From Candidatus Wolfebacteria bacterium GW2011_GWE2_44_13 (GTDB lineage: Bacteria; Patescibacteriota; Minisyncoccia; UBA6257; UBA9933), in the NCBI GenBank assembly GCA_001000675.1, contig LCHW01000001.1, positions 289,424 through 353,423 of the forward strand: a stretch of DNA of 64,000 nucleotides, written 5' to 3'. The notes under the pieces are model-generated. The model was not told the origin of the DNA. It saw only the letters and a list, made by a program, of their open reading frames with translations, and searched no databases. The position numbers were made by a program, and so were the translations under genes. Shown here one piece after another: positions 30,375 to 38,726 of this stretch. Within the stretch, counting starts at the first letter, position 1. The number at the start of each line of letters is the position of its first letter.

Positions 30375-32651
30375 GTGGAAGAATATTTATATATACGAGT
30401 TATGGAAAAAGAAGAAAAAATTATCAGTGGCATTACACTGGATGAAATGCGGAGCGTCATCGACGGTCTTGATATGGTGGTTTTTATGACAGATCTTGTT
30501 TCCCGCAAGATGCTTTTTATGTCCGCTGGTTGTGAAAAGATCTATGGCGTTCCGGCTCAAGCATTTTACGATAACCCTGATCTATGGTTGACGTTTTTCC
30601 CGTCCGATGAAAAGGAGGCTATTGCGAATGTGATGCAAGAATGGAGCAAAGGAAAATCTGCTACCGCAACGCATCGCATCGTCCGCGCCGATGGAGGCGT
30701 GAGATGGGTGGAAGCTCGAACGATGCCTATCGTTGATGCGCATGGTACAGTGATACGCATTACTGGTTTTTTGACCGATATCACAAAGCGAAAAATAGAA
30801 GAAGCGGATTCTGTTAAAATGCGGCAAGCAATTCAAACATCTTTTGACGCCGTATTGGAAACTGACGTGCAAGGCATCATTACATATGTCAATGATGCAT
30901 TTGTAACATTATATGGTTATCAGCCGGAAGAGGTGATAGGGAAGGTGACGCCGCGTATTTTAAATAGTGGCACAAAAACAAAAGAACAATTTAAAGAATT
31001 CTGGGATACCCTGTTGCGAAAACAAAACATGCAATGGGAGATTGTCAATAAAACAAAGGAGGGTAAATTAGTGGTCATTGATGCAAATGCTAATTCAATT
31101 CTAGATAGTAGTGGTAATATCGCGGGCTTTATTGAATTTCAAAAGAATATTACCGATCAAAAATCTGCTGAGAATGCATTAATTTCTAGCAAAAAGGAGC
31201 TTTCATTGGCGGTCGAGTTGGCAAAAATTGCTCCGTGGCGGTATGATTCGCAGAAGAACGTTTTTGTATTTGGGGATGAGTTTTATGCGCTTTATGGCAC
31301 CAGTGTTGAAAAAGAAGGAGCCACTATGACCCCCGAAGCATATACCAAAAAATTCGTGCACCCCGATGATGCTTCAATTATGAATACGGAAATCGGCAAG
31401 GCGATGCAATCACCGGAGCGTGAACAAATAATACAGCTTGAATCGCGGATTATTCGGTTAGATGGAGAGGTTCGTGATGTTTCCGTGTTGCTTAAGATTA
31501 CAAAAGATGATAATGGAGAGATTATTGATTGGTATGGAGTGAATCAAGATATTACCGAACAAAAAACGAGGGAATTCGAACTCACTATATTTAGGGAGTC
31601 AATGAAACAAACGCTCGATATCGTGTATATCATGGATACGCATGAAATAATAACTGAGGTAAACGATGCGTTTTTGGAGGCATATGGATATCAACGTGAT
31701 GAAGTTGTCGGGAAAATGAACGGGCGCACATTGAGTGGCATGTCTGAGTCCGATTTTGACCCTCTTGCAAAGGAATTTTATGCAAAAGGAAAATTGCATA
31801 CGCAAGTGGTGGGGAAATTAAAAGACGGAAAATCGATCCTCCTCGATACGGCCATAACCCTTGTTGTAGATGGGCGTGGCGCTCCAATTGCCATATTGGT
31901 GGCTCAGCGTGATGTGAGTGAACGCGAGAGACAAATAACTCGGATTAAGGAGCTGAATGATTTGCGTATGAAATTTATTCAGATCGTATCTCATCAGTTG
32001 CGCACACCACTTGGATCGATCCGGTGGAATCTCGAAGTGTTGATGGATGGCAGTATGGGGGTGCTTACTGATGCACAAAAACAATTTTTGCGCGTAACAT
32101 ACAATGCGGATGTCGAGGTACTCGATCGCATTAATGATCTCTTAGTTGTTATAGATATTGAAGAGAATCGCGTTGCGTTTATGAAAGAAAATATCTCGAT
32201 TGAGAGCTTGCTTAATTCTGTCGTAGGAGAGCTAAAGCCGCGCTGCATGGCAAAAGAGCTTACGTGTAATTTTCATATACCGGAAGTGCCACTTGATCCG
32301 GTATCTGTTGATCCGCAGAAAATGCGGCAAGTGTTCGTAAAATTGATAGAAAATGCCATAACATATACGCTAGAGAAAGGGAGTATCGAAGGTGCGCTGA
32401 CGAAGATTGGTGATCGGATTCGGTTTGAACTTACTGATACGGGTATCGGCATTCCCGTTGCAGAGCAGAAAAATATATTCCTGAGTTTTGTACGAGGCAC
32501 GAATGCATTTTTAGCAAAGCCCGATTCGACAGGTGTGGGGCTTACTATTGCAAAATATTTTGTGGAGCAACACGGTGGAACGATAGGGTTTACTTCAGAG
32601 GAAGGAAAGGGAAGTACGTTTTGGTTTGAAATACCGATTGTTAATAAATAA
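30375..32651 (+). CDS. Cytoplasmic multi-PAS sensor histidine kinase
   Basis: 4 PAS/PAC; SHQLRTPL H-box; ENAITY, DTGIGI, GVGL, GKGSTFWF. Confidence 0.93.
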   Translation: MEEYLYIRVMEKEEKIISGITLDEMRSVIDGLDMVVFMTDLVSRKMLFMSAGCEKIYGVPAQAFYDNPDLWLTFFPSDEKEAIANVMQEWSKGKSATATHRIVRADGGVRWVEARTMPIVDAHGTVIRITGFLTDITKRKIEEADSVKMRQAIQTSFDAVLETDVQGIITYVNDAFVTLYGYQPEEVIGKVTPRILNSGTKTKEQFKEFWDTLLRKQNMQWEIVNKTKEGKLVVIDANANSILDSSGNIAGFIEFQKNITDQKSAENALISSKKELSLAVELAKIAPWRYDSQKNVFVFGDEFYALYGTSVEKEGATMTPEAYTKKFVHPDDASIMNTEIGKAMQSPEREQIIQLESRIIRLDGEVRDVSVLLKITKDDNGEIIDWYGVNQDITEQKTREFELTIFRESMKQTLDIVYIMDTHEIITEVNDAFLEAYGYQRDEVVGKMNGRTLSGMSESDFDPLAKEFYAKGKLHTQVVGKLKDGKSILLDTAITLVVDGRGAPIAILVAQRDVSERERQITRIKELNDLRMKFIQIVSHQLRTPLGSIRWNLEVLMDGSMGVLTDAQKQFLRVTYNADVEVLDRINDLLVVIDIEENRVAFMKENISIESLLNSVVGELKPRCMAKELTCNFHIPEVPLDPVSVDPQKMRQVFVKLIENAITYTLEKGSIEGALTKIGDRIRFELTDTGIGIPVAEQKNIFLSFVRGTNAFLAKPDSTGVGLTIAKYFVEQHGGTIGFTSEEGKGSTFWFEIPIVNK

Positions 32652-32762
32652 TTAATCGGACTTTTGCATAGAAAAACCCGTTCCTTGTGGACGGGTTTTT
32701 TGGTATACTAGTCGTAACGTAATGGAATATTCATTTTCGCCTCAATGAGTATTGTATAATTT

Positions 32763-33944
32763 ATGGAACAAGAATCAATTAAACAGAGTACGGTAATCAA
32801 GGATTTTCTAGAGAAGGGGGTAGTGGCAAAACAATATCTTGATGTTGTCAGGGTAATGATCTGCGTTATCGACCCTGCGGGGATAGTTCTTTCAATTAAT
32901 AAAAGAGGGTTCGATATTTTGGGATATCCTGAAGAAGCTGTTTTGGGAGTTAATTGGATCGACAATTTTGTTACCAAAGAGCACCAAGAAAAGGTGCGAG
33001 AGGTTGTGGCTCAATTAGCAGTGGGTAATATCGCACCGTTTCAGTATTATGAAAATGATATTATTGATGCGCAGGGCATTGTGCATAATATCGCTTTCCA
33101 TAACGAAGTGCTACGTGATGACGGTGGACTAGTTGTTGGTATTCTTTTTGCGGGTGAAGATATTACGCACCATAAAAAGCTCGAAAAAAAGTTGAGCGAG
33201 CAGGCGAACATACTTGAAGCAATCGGAGAACATTTGCCTATCGGATATGCTGTTAACACGATTTCAGATGGAAAGATTGTCGTAATGAATAAAAAATTTG
33301 AAGATATTTATGGATGGCCATTGAGTGTTATTTCTAACGTTGATCTGTTTTTCGAAAATGTATATCCAGACCCAGAGTTTCGTAAAAAGATATCAGAACA
33401 AGTGCGTGCTGATATGATGAGCGCAGATCCTCGACGTATGATTTGGGAACATATACCCATCACTCGCCAATCAGGTGAAACCGCTATTATTACTGCGCAA
33501 AACATTCCGCTATACGAGAACAATCTTATGATTTCAACTGTCTGGGATGTGACGCGACAAGTGCATATTGAAAAAGCACTTCGTGAAAGTGAACAGCTAA
33601 AGCGTTCCATTCTGGATAATTTAACAGAGCTTGTGTTTGTAAAGGATAATGACGGGCGATTCGTTGCTGCAAACGAAGCATTCCTTGTATTTACTGGAAG
33701 GACACTCGAAGGACTTGTTGGGAAAAATGATTTTGATTTATTTGATAAAGAGAATGCTGGGAAATATATACGAGATGATAAAGAGGTTATGGAAACTCGA
33801 AAAAATAAAGCAATTAACGAAACGAGCGTTAACGCCGCAGGGGAGGTTGTGCAATGCGAAACGACAAAAGTTCCATTTTTGATTAACGGAGAGGTTAACG
33901 GAATTATTGGGGTTGTGCGTATTGTTAGCTCGCTTTCAAAATAA
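32763..33944 (+). CDS. Stand-alone triple PAS protein with no output domain
   Basis: Three PAS/PAC repeats ending at the C-terminus. Confidence 0.85.
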   Translation: MEQESIKQSTVIKDFLEKGVVAKQYLDVVRVMICVIDPAGIVLSINKRGFDILGYPEEAVLGVNWIDNFVTKEHQEKVREVVAQLAVGNIAPFQYYENDIIDAQGIVHNIAFHNEVLRDDGGLVVGILFAGEDITHHKKLEKKLSEQANILEAIGEHLPIGYAVNTISDGKIVVMNKKFEDIYGWPLSVISNVDLFFENVYPDPEFRKKISEQVRADMMSADPRRMIWEHIPITRQSGETAIITAQNIPLYENNLMISTVWDVTRQVHIEKALRESEQLKRSILDNLTELVFVKDNDGRFVAANEAFLVFTGRTLEGLVGKNDFDLFDKENAGKYIRDDKEVMETRKNKAINETSVNAAGEVVQCETTKVPFLINGEVNGIIGVVRIVSSLSK

Positions 33945-33989
33945 TACATATTCGATAACAAAAAACGGCGTAAGCCGTTTTTTGTTTGG

Positions 33990-34063
33990 TGGTCGGGATG
34001 CCGGGAATCGAACCCGGACCGTATGCTCCCAAAGCATATATACTACCACTATACTACATCCCG
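33990..34063 (-). tRNA. tRNA-Pro(TGG)
   Basis: cgggatg/catcccg, anticodon loop ttTGGga, encoded CCA. Confidence 0.95.
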
Positions 34064-34140
34064 CTGCTGTTGCAGTTTTCAGCCTTCTCATTATAATGAA
34101 ATAAGCGTAAAAGTAAACCTCGCGTCTATTTTTACCTATT

Positions 34141-34212
34141 GCCCTCGTAGTTCAATGGATAGAACTGGAGACTTCTAATCTCCCAATCTAGGTCCGATTC
34201 CTAGCGAGGGCA
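34141..34212 (+). tRNA. tRNA-Arg(TCT)
   Basis: gccctcg/cgagggc, loop ctTCTaa; T-loop tccgatt (C at 55). Confidence 0.92.
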
Positions 34213-34250
34213 CATAATGGCTTACAAGTAGGGGAATATTCAATAGGCTT

Positions 34251-34304
34251 AAAAGTGAACTTATGCTATACTATTAGTATTAAATAGTGCATAGGTTCAT
34301 TTTT
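34251..34304 (+). promoter_or_regulatory. 16-bp hairpin abutting the ATG, enclosing an extended -10 promoter (TGcTATACT 34264-34272)
   Basis: aaaagtgaacttatgc / gcataggttcattttt pair fully with 2 G-U. Confidence 0.65.
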
Positions 34305-35009
34305 ATGCGTACTGATAAACAAAAAGCATTTGCATTGCGATTGAGCGGAAAGAGTTATAGGGATATTTCGGCCACATTGCATATTCCAAAATCGACTTTG
34401 TCGAGCTGGTTTTCGAACGTGCAACTTTCAGAAGACGTGAGAAATAAAATAAACGAAAAGGGTAGGAAAAAGTCGATACAGCTGCTTCTGGAAAGAAATA
34501 AGAAGCAAACTGAGCTTGCCGCAAAAAGAAATTACAAAATAAGAAAAGAGTCTTCTGAAGAAATTAGGGATATTTCTTCAGAAAATCTTTTACTTATAGG
34601 AGTTGCGCTGTATTGGGCCGAAGGCCATAAAAAAATGCTTGTAAGAAATGGGCAGGAGGTTACAAGCCATCCTGTTAGTCTGACAAATTCCGATCCAGTA
34701 TTAGTAAAAGTTTTTCTTAGGTTTATTCGAGAAATATGTAACGTTGATGAAGATAGAATAAAGGCGAGTGTTCGTATGTTTGACCATCAAAATGAACAGC
34801 ATGTTTCTGATTATTGGCGCGGGGTCACGGGGATAAAAAAAGAAAATTTTTGTAAAACATATACAGGGATAAGCAAATCAAGCCAAGGAAAGCGTCCATA
34901 TAATCGATTGCCGTATGGTACGATTCAAATAAGAGTTTCGGATACGAAGTTATTTCATCGAATTATTGGACTAATAGAGGGATTGAAAAAAAAATGTAGT
35001 TATGTATAA
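34305..35009 (+). CDS. HTH + single LAGLIDADG-like domain protein (putative free-standing homing endonuclease)
   Basis: N-terminal LRLSGKSYRDISATLHIPKSTLSSW HTH; LLIGVALYWAEG helix followed by VSLTNSDPVLVKVF. Confidence 0.65.
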   Translation: MRTDKQKAFALRLSGKSYRDISATLHIPKSTLSSWFSNVQLSEDVRNKINEKGRKKSIQLLLERNKKQTELAAKRNYKIRKESSEEIRDISSENLLLIGVALYWAEGHKKMLVRNGQEVTSHPVSLTNSDPVLVKVFLRFIREICNVDEDRIKASVRMFDHQNEQHVSDYWRGVTGIKKENFCKTYTGISKSSQGKRPYNRLPYGTIQIRVSDTKLFHRIIGLIEGLKKKCSYV

Positions 35010-35036
35010 TGCATACATACCGTAAATAGGTATGTG

Positions 35037-35345
35037 GCCGCGGTAGCTCAGCGGTAGAGCGTAGCCCTGAATCTTCGGGGCCTTCTATAGTAATGTAGAT
35101 TGAATAACTGGGTGAATTCGGGGAAGGCTGTTGTGAAAGCAACGGATAATCCCGAGCCGAGCTCCATTGGGTTCGCCATCGGCGAAGTGGTGGAGAAGGT
35201 GTAGAGACTAGCGAGTGAGTCCCAACAATAATCTTGCAATAGCGCCCGGCTCCGTACCTTGCTTTTAGCAAGGCGGAGGTGAGATAGTCCAAATTAGCCT
35301 TGGAAGAGGCTAGCGTCGGGGGTTCAACTCCCTCCCGCGGCACCA
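35037..35345 (+). tRNA. tRNA-Phe(GAA), intron-split (exons 35037-35068 and 35303-35345)
   Basis: Joined exons give a 75-nt cloverleaf: gccgcgg/ccgcggc, tagcc-ctGAAga-ggcta, encoded CCA. Confidence 0.92.
35069..35302 (+). ncRNA. Group I self-splicing intron, 234 nt (P7.1 present, IA-like)
   Basis: P1 with U35068-G35077 wobble, P10 tcttc/gaaga, P3 ctgggtg/cgcccgg, P4 ttcggg/cccgag, P7 gacta/tagtc, terminal omega-G35302. Confidence 0.92.
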
Positions 35346-35579
35346 ATATGGGATTTGATTAACATAAAAAACAGTCTTGTGAGGAGGCTGTTTTTTATGT
35401 TAAGGAGGGCGCTTGGTGTCGTGGAGTGGGCAAACTGCTTTGCCCACGTGGGGAGTTTAAGACCGCAGCGATATACGTTCAGTAGGACGTATCGCGAGGG
35501 GCGGCCTGCGAGCTTGCTGAGCGACGGCGAAGCAAGACTTGTAGGCAACTCCCTCCCGCGGCACCAATATGGGATTTGA
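35325..35579. mobile_element. tRNA-3'-duplicating palindromic element after tRNA-Phe
   Basis: 34-bp exact direct repeat (35325-35358 and 35546-35579) with hairpins and a degenerate inverted tRNA end between them. Confidence 0.7.
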
Positions 35580-35703
35580 AAAACTAGAAATGACCCTTGT
35601 GAGGAGGGTCATTTTTAGTTCCCGATATGCTTGACTTTTTAGTATGTTTGGGGCGAAGATGAAGACAGCTACATTTAATTCTGAAAAGAGAAGGAGTTAG
35701 GGC

Positions 35704-36351
35704 ATGAAGAGGAATCGTCTTATGGTTGAGGCTGCTGCAGTATTGCGAAGTGCTGCGAGTAAGGGGTTTTGCTGCGGCGAGATGTGCGAGCTTGAACGTC
35801 GGATGCGACATGCGTTTAGCGTGGCACTTTGCAATGGCATTGGGATTGTCCCTGAGCCCCTGCGAGAATATGCTGGTGGCGTATTACACACGGTGATTAC
35901 GCTGAACCAGGTGGGCGAAGAATCTGCGGTGGTTGGAGTCAGTATCACATGTTTTACGGATGGGGTGCTGACTACGCTTGATATTGACGCGGAAGAGAAC
36001 ATCATTTGTCGATATCAGGGTACGGGGAAGGTGTTCAAGTTTTTGTGGCATAACCCCACACAACTCATTGCAAAACCTCGAGATTTTTTTGGGGAAGGGT
36101 TTTTGTATGAGCCGAATCGGTTAGCGCTTTCTGCGGTGCACATGGGGACTGTCGCGTGTGTACGGGGAGCTGCGAATACTTCTTTCATGACGAGTGGCTT
36201 GTGCCTCGTTTCCGAGAGTCGTATCGAGGATATTCGCCACTATCCTGATCAGGGCAAGCTTGATTATGATCTCCGTGTTTTGTATGAAGAGATGACTTCG
36301 GGTGACGAAGAAGAGCGCGGACATGTGCTTTCCTTGCTCGCTTCTGCATAA
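35704..36351 (+). CDS. Hypothetical protein
   Basis: aaggag SD, 215-aa ORF, terminator after. Confidence 0.6.
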   Translation: MKRNRLMVEAAAVLRSAASKGFCCGEMCELERRMRHAFSVALCNGIGIVPEPLREYAGGVLHTVITLNQVGEESAVVGVSITCFTDGVLTTLDIDAEENIICRYQGTGKVFKFLWHNPTQLIAKPRDFFGEGFLYEPNRLALSAVHMGTVACVRGAANTSFMTSGLCLVSESRIEDIRHYPDQGKLDYDLRVLYEEMTSGDEEERGHVLSLLASA

Positions 36352-36439
36352 CTTCTATTATGTGTCCGGCCCTTCGAGGCCGGACTTTTTTCACCTTGTA
36401 TTTTTTTAACAATCGGGTTATTATAGTAAACGTTTACAT

Positions 36440-36512
36440 GGTGCCCATAGTTCAGTGGTAGAATGTCTGTTTGTGGTACAGAAGGTCGAGGGTTCGATCC
36501 CCTCTGGGCACC
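36440..36512 (+). tRNA. tRNA-His(GTG)
   Basis: G-1:C73, gtgccca/tgggcac, loop ttGTGgt. Confidence 0.94.
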
Positions 36513-36577
36513 CATTTTTGAAGCAATAGTCTAGGGCAGGTCTAGTAAGGGCTGGTATTTTTGATATAATAAAATAT

Positions 36578-37021
36578 ATGAATAATAAAAAACTTCTCCT
36601 CTCGGTCATAAATATTTTTGTGCTCTGCACTATCGTATTTTTTGTGAGTATGTCCTTTGTGTATAACGAAAAGTTGATAGGACAGGTGCTTATTGTACTA
36701 GGCCTTCTTTGTCTTGTATCTCTAAAACTCTTCAAAATGGAAATCCGCCCAGTAGGACCAGATATTGTCTTTGGCATTATTGATAACGGTATTCTTGCGG
36801 CCATGGCGTTGCTCGGAGGGCAAGTTGCTGGAGTTGAGGGTGCAATCATCGGAGGAGTTGTTGGTAATGCGATTACCGATGGAATTGCGGGACTTTTTGA
36901 GGGATATTGGGCAGAATTGTTTGTTTCTGAGCAAAGAACTGTTTTGGGTTCGGCTGTCGGCAAGATGGCGGGCTGTTTGTTTGGTGCAGGAGTTGTTTTA
37001 GTTGTTGCAAGCTTTTTATAG
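36578..37021 (+). CDS. Membrane protein, VIT1/TMEM65-like
   Basis: DIVFGIIDNG and GNAITDG helices. Confidence 0.5.
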   Translation: MNNKKLLLSVINIFVLCTIVFFVSMSFVYNEKLIGQVLIVLGLLCLVSLKLFKMEIRPVGPDIVFGIIDNGILAAMALLGGQVAGVEGAIIGGVVGNAITDGIAGLFEGYWAELFVSEQRTVLGSAVGKMAGCLFGAGVVLVVASFL

Positions 37022-37096
37022 GCGATTATATGGTGAATGTGGTATGATTACTGAAAGACGTAATAATTATTTACCCTTTACATCACTTGCATTTAT

Positions 37097-37519
37097 ATGG
37101 ATACATTTATTTGGACTCCGGAATATAGCGTTGGCGTGCAATTAGTAGACGAACAGCATCAGCATTTTTTTACTATTGCGAATAAGCTCATCGTGCTTGC
37201 GCGTGAAGAACAGCCAGATCGGGATGCGTTATTCGCATTATTTGGCGAACTAGGGAATTATGCGCTGTATCATTTAAGTACTGAAGAAAGCTTTTTTAGG
37301 GAATTTGCGTATGTAGATGCGGAAGAACACATTGCTGCTCATAATGTATATCGTGAAATGGTTGCGAGCCGGTTTACAAATGCGATAAGCGATCCGAATG
37401 CCGATGTTAAAAAATTAGCCGAAGAAATGGCTTTGTATTCGGGTGAATGGCTGCAAAAACATATCTTGGTCATGGATAAGAAGTTTACTGTATTTTTTAA
37501 TACACATGGGTTTAATTAA
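37097..37519 (+). CDS. Bacteriohemerythrin
   Basis: W..YSVG..VDEQH, HLSTEE, HIAAH, WLQKHILVMD. Confidence 0.92.
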   Translation: MDTFIWTPEYSVGVQLVDEQHQHFFTIANKLIVLAREEQPDRDALFALFGELGNYALYHLSTEESFFREFAYVDAEEHIAAHNVYREMVASRFTNAISDPNADVKKLAEEMALYSGEWLQKHILVMDKKFTVFFNTHGFN

Positions 37520-37659
37520 AGAGCCGCTTCTTGTAAAAATCCGCTTAATAGCGGATTTTTTATTACTATCTGTATAAATTCTGTAACGGGGTGTATACTA
37601 TAAAGACTACGAATACTGATTCGTATTAAATACTCATCAATCAATTATTTTAGAACTGT

Positions 37660-37953
37660 ATGGATACCTTGCCACGATGGGAATGCCAAAAATGCGGCCA
37701 TATGCATAACGGCATGATAGCACCTGCGGAATGCCCGTATTGCGGAGAACCTCGAGAACAATTTAAACAAATAGAAAACGAGCCAGAAGGAAATGTGTTC
37801 GTTGCTGAAGAACATATTCCACGCCATAAGAAACGATGGGAGTGTGATGTCTGTGGACATATTGCACTTACCGATGAAGCACCTGCAGATTGTCCGAGTT
37901 GTGGATCATCGAACGAACATTTTAAACAACTAGAAGGGAACTCAATGGAATAA
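37660..37953 (+). CDS. Tandem rubredoxin-like domain protein
   Basis: WECQKCG..CPYCG and WECDVCG..CPSCG. Confidence 0.85.
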   Translation: MDTLPRWECQKCGHMHNGMIAPAECPYCGEPREQFKQIENEPEGNVFVAEEHIPRHKKRWECDVCGHIALTDEAPADCPSCGSSNEHFKQLEGNSME

Positions 37954-38031
37954 TATATACTAACGCACGTCTGATTGGTATTAGAGTGGGAAACCGACGA
38001 GAAATATGTTGTGACGTGCATATACACTACT

Positions 38032-38208
38032 ATGAAAAAATTCATTATGTGGAAATGTGATATGTGCGAAGCAGTATTTGAATTTGATGTCGAGGTTCCG
38101 CCGCTGCGATGCCCGGATTGTTTTTCCCCTAAAGATCACTTGCATTGTGTAGATGAAAATGTTTCGAAAAATAGCGATGCAAACGACGCGCATCAAAAAC
38201 AATCCTAA
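38032..38208 (+). CDS. Small rubredoxin-like protein
   Basis: WKCDMC...PPLRCPDC. Confidence 0.6.
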   Translation: MKKFIMWKCDMCEAVFEFDVEVPPLRCPDCFSPKDHLHCVDENVSKNSDANDAHQKQS

Positions 38209-38229
38209 TACAGTAAAAATTTTATTTCT

Positions 38230-38523
38230 ATGATGTCACAATTACCAATTGACCTTACAAAAGTAAGTAAAGAGACTATTGATAAAAAAATATTGCGCAC
38301 TGGCATTATTGCCGAACTTGATGCAATTAGCTTATATGAGCAACTTGCTGCTATGGCAACGAGCGAAGATATTAAAAAGGTACTCCTTGATATCGCAAAA
38401 GAAGAAAAAACGCACGTGGGGGAGTTTCAAGAGATGTTATTGCGTCTTGATAGCGAACAGCTCGAGGAGCTTGGGCATGCACGTGAAGAAATAGACGAAT
38501 TAACGGGCACAAAAGAAGAATAG
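38230..38523 (+). CDS. Half-ferritin/rubrerythrin-like protein (Flp type)
   Basis: AELDAISLYEQ, DIAKEEKTHVGEF. Confidence 0.85.
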   Translation: MMSQLPIDLTKVSKETIDKKILRTGIIAELDAISLYEQLAAMATSEDIKKVLLDIAKEEKTHVGEFQEMLLRLDSEQLEELGHAREEIDELTGTKEE

Positions 38524-38726
38524 TTCGGCAAAATTCGGCAATCATGTAAATGGTTGCCGAATTTTTTATTGTATTTTTGTATGTGTTATTTTGTAATACA
38601 CATACACAGTTGCAATAGCAATTAAATAAAAAACAACTCGGCAAACAGGGTATTTTTTTGCTGGTATTTGTAGTATAATAAACGGCATACACCAATAAGA
38701 AATTTAATCATAAGAACCCGTATCGT

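Noticed and set aside
33987-33992. Encoded CCACCA after tRNA-Pro
   Set aside because: A 3-nt coincidence is likely and 3' trimming would remove it; no supporting evidence.
34189-34203. tRNA-Arg T-loop with C55 suggesting a pseudogene
   Set aside because: All stems are intact; a single variant base is not enough.
34963-35579. ORFs 34963-35346(-), 35048-35239(-), 35324-35548(-), 35355-35579(+) as intron- or element-encoded proteins
   Set aside because: They overlap tRNA/intron structure or palindromes and have no protein motifs; treated as shadow ORFs.
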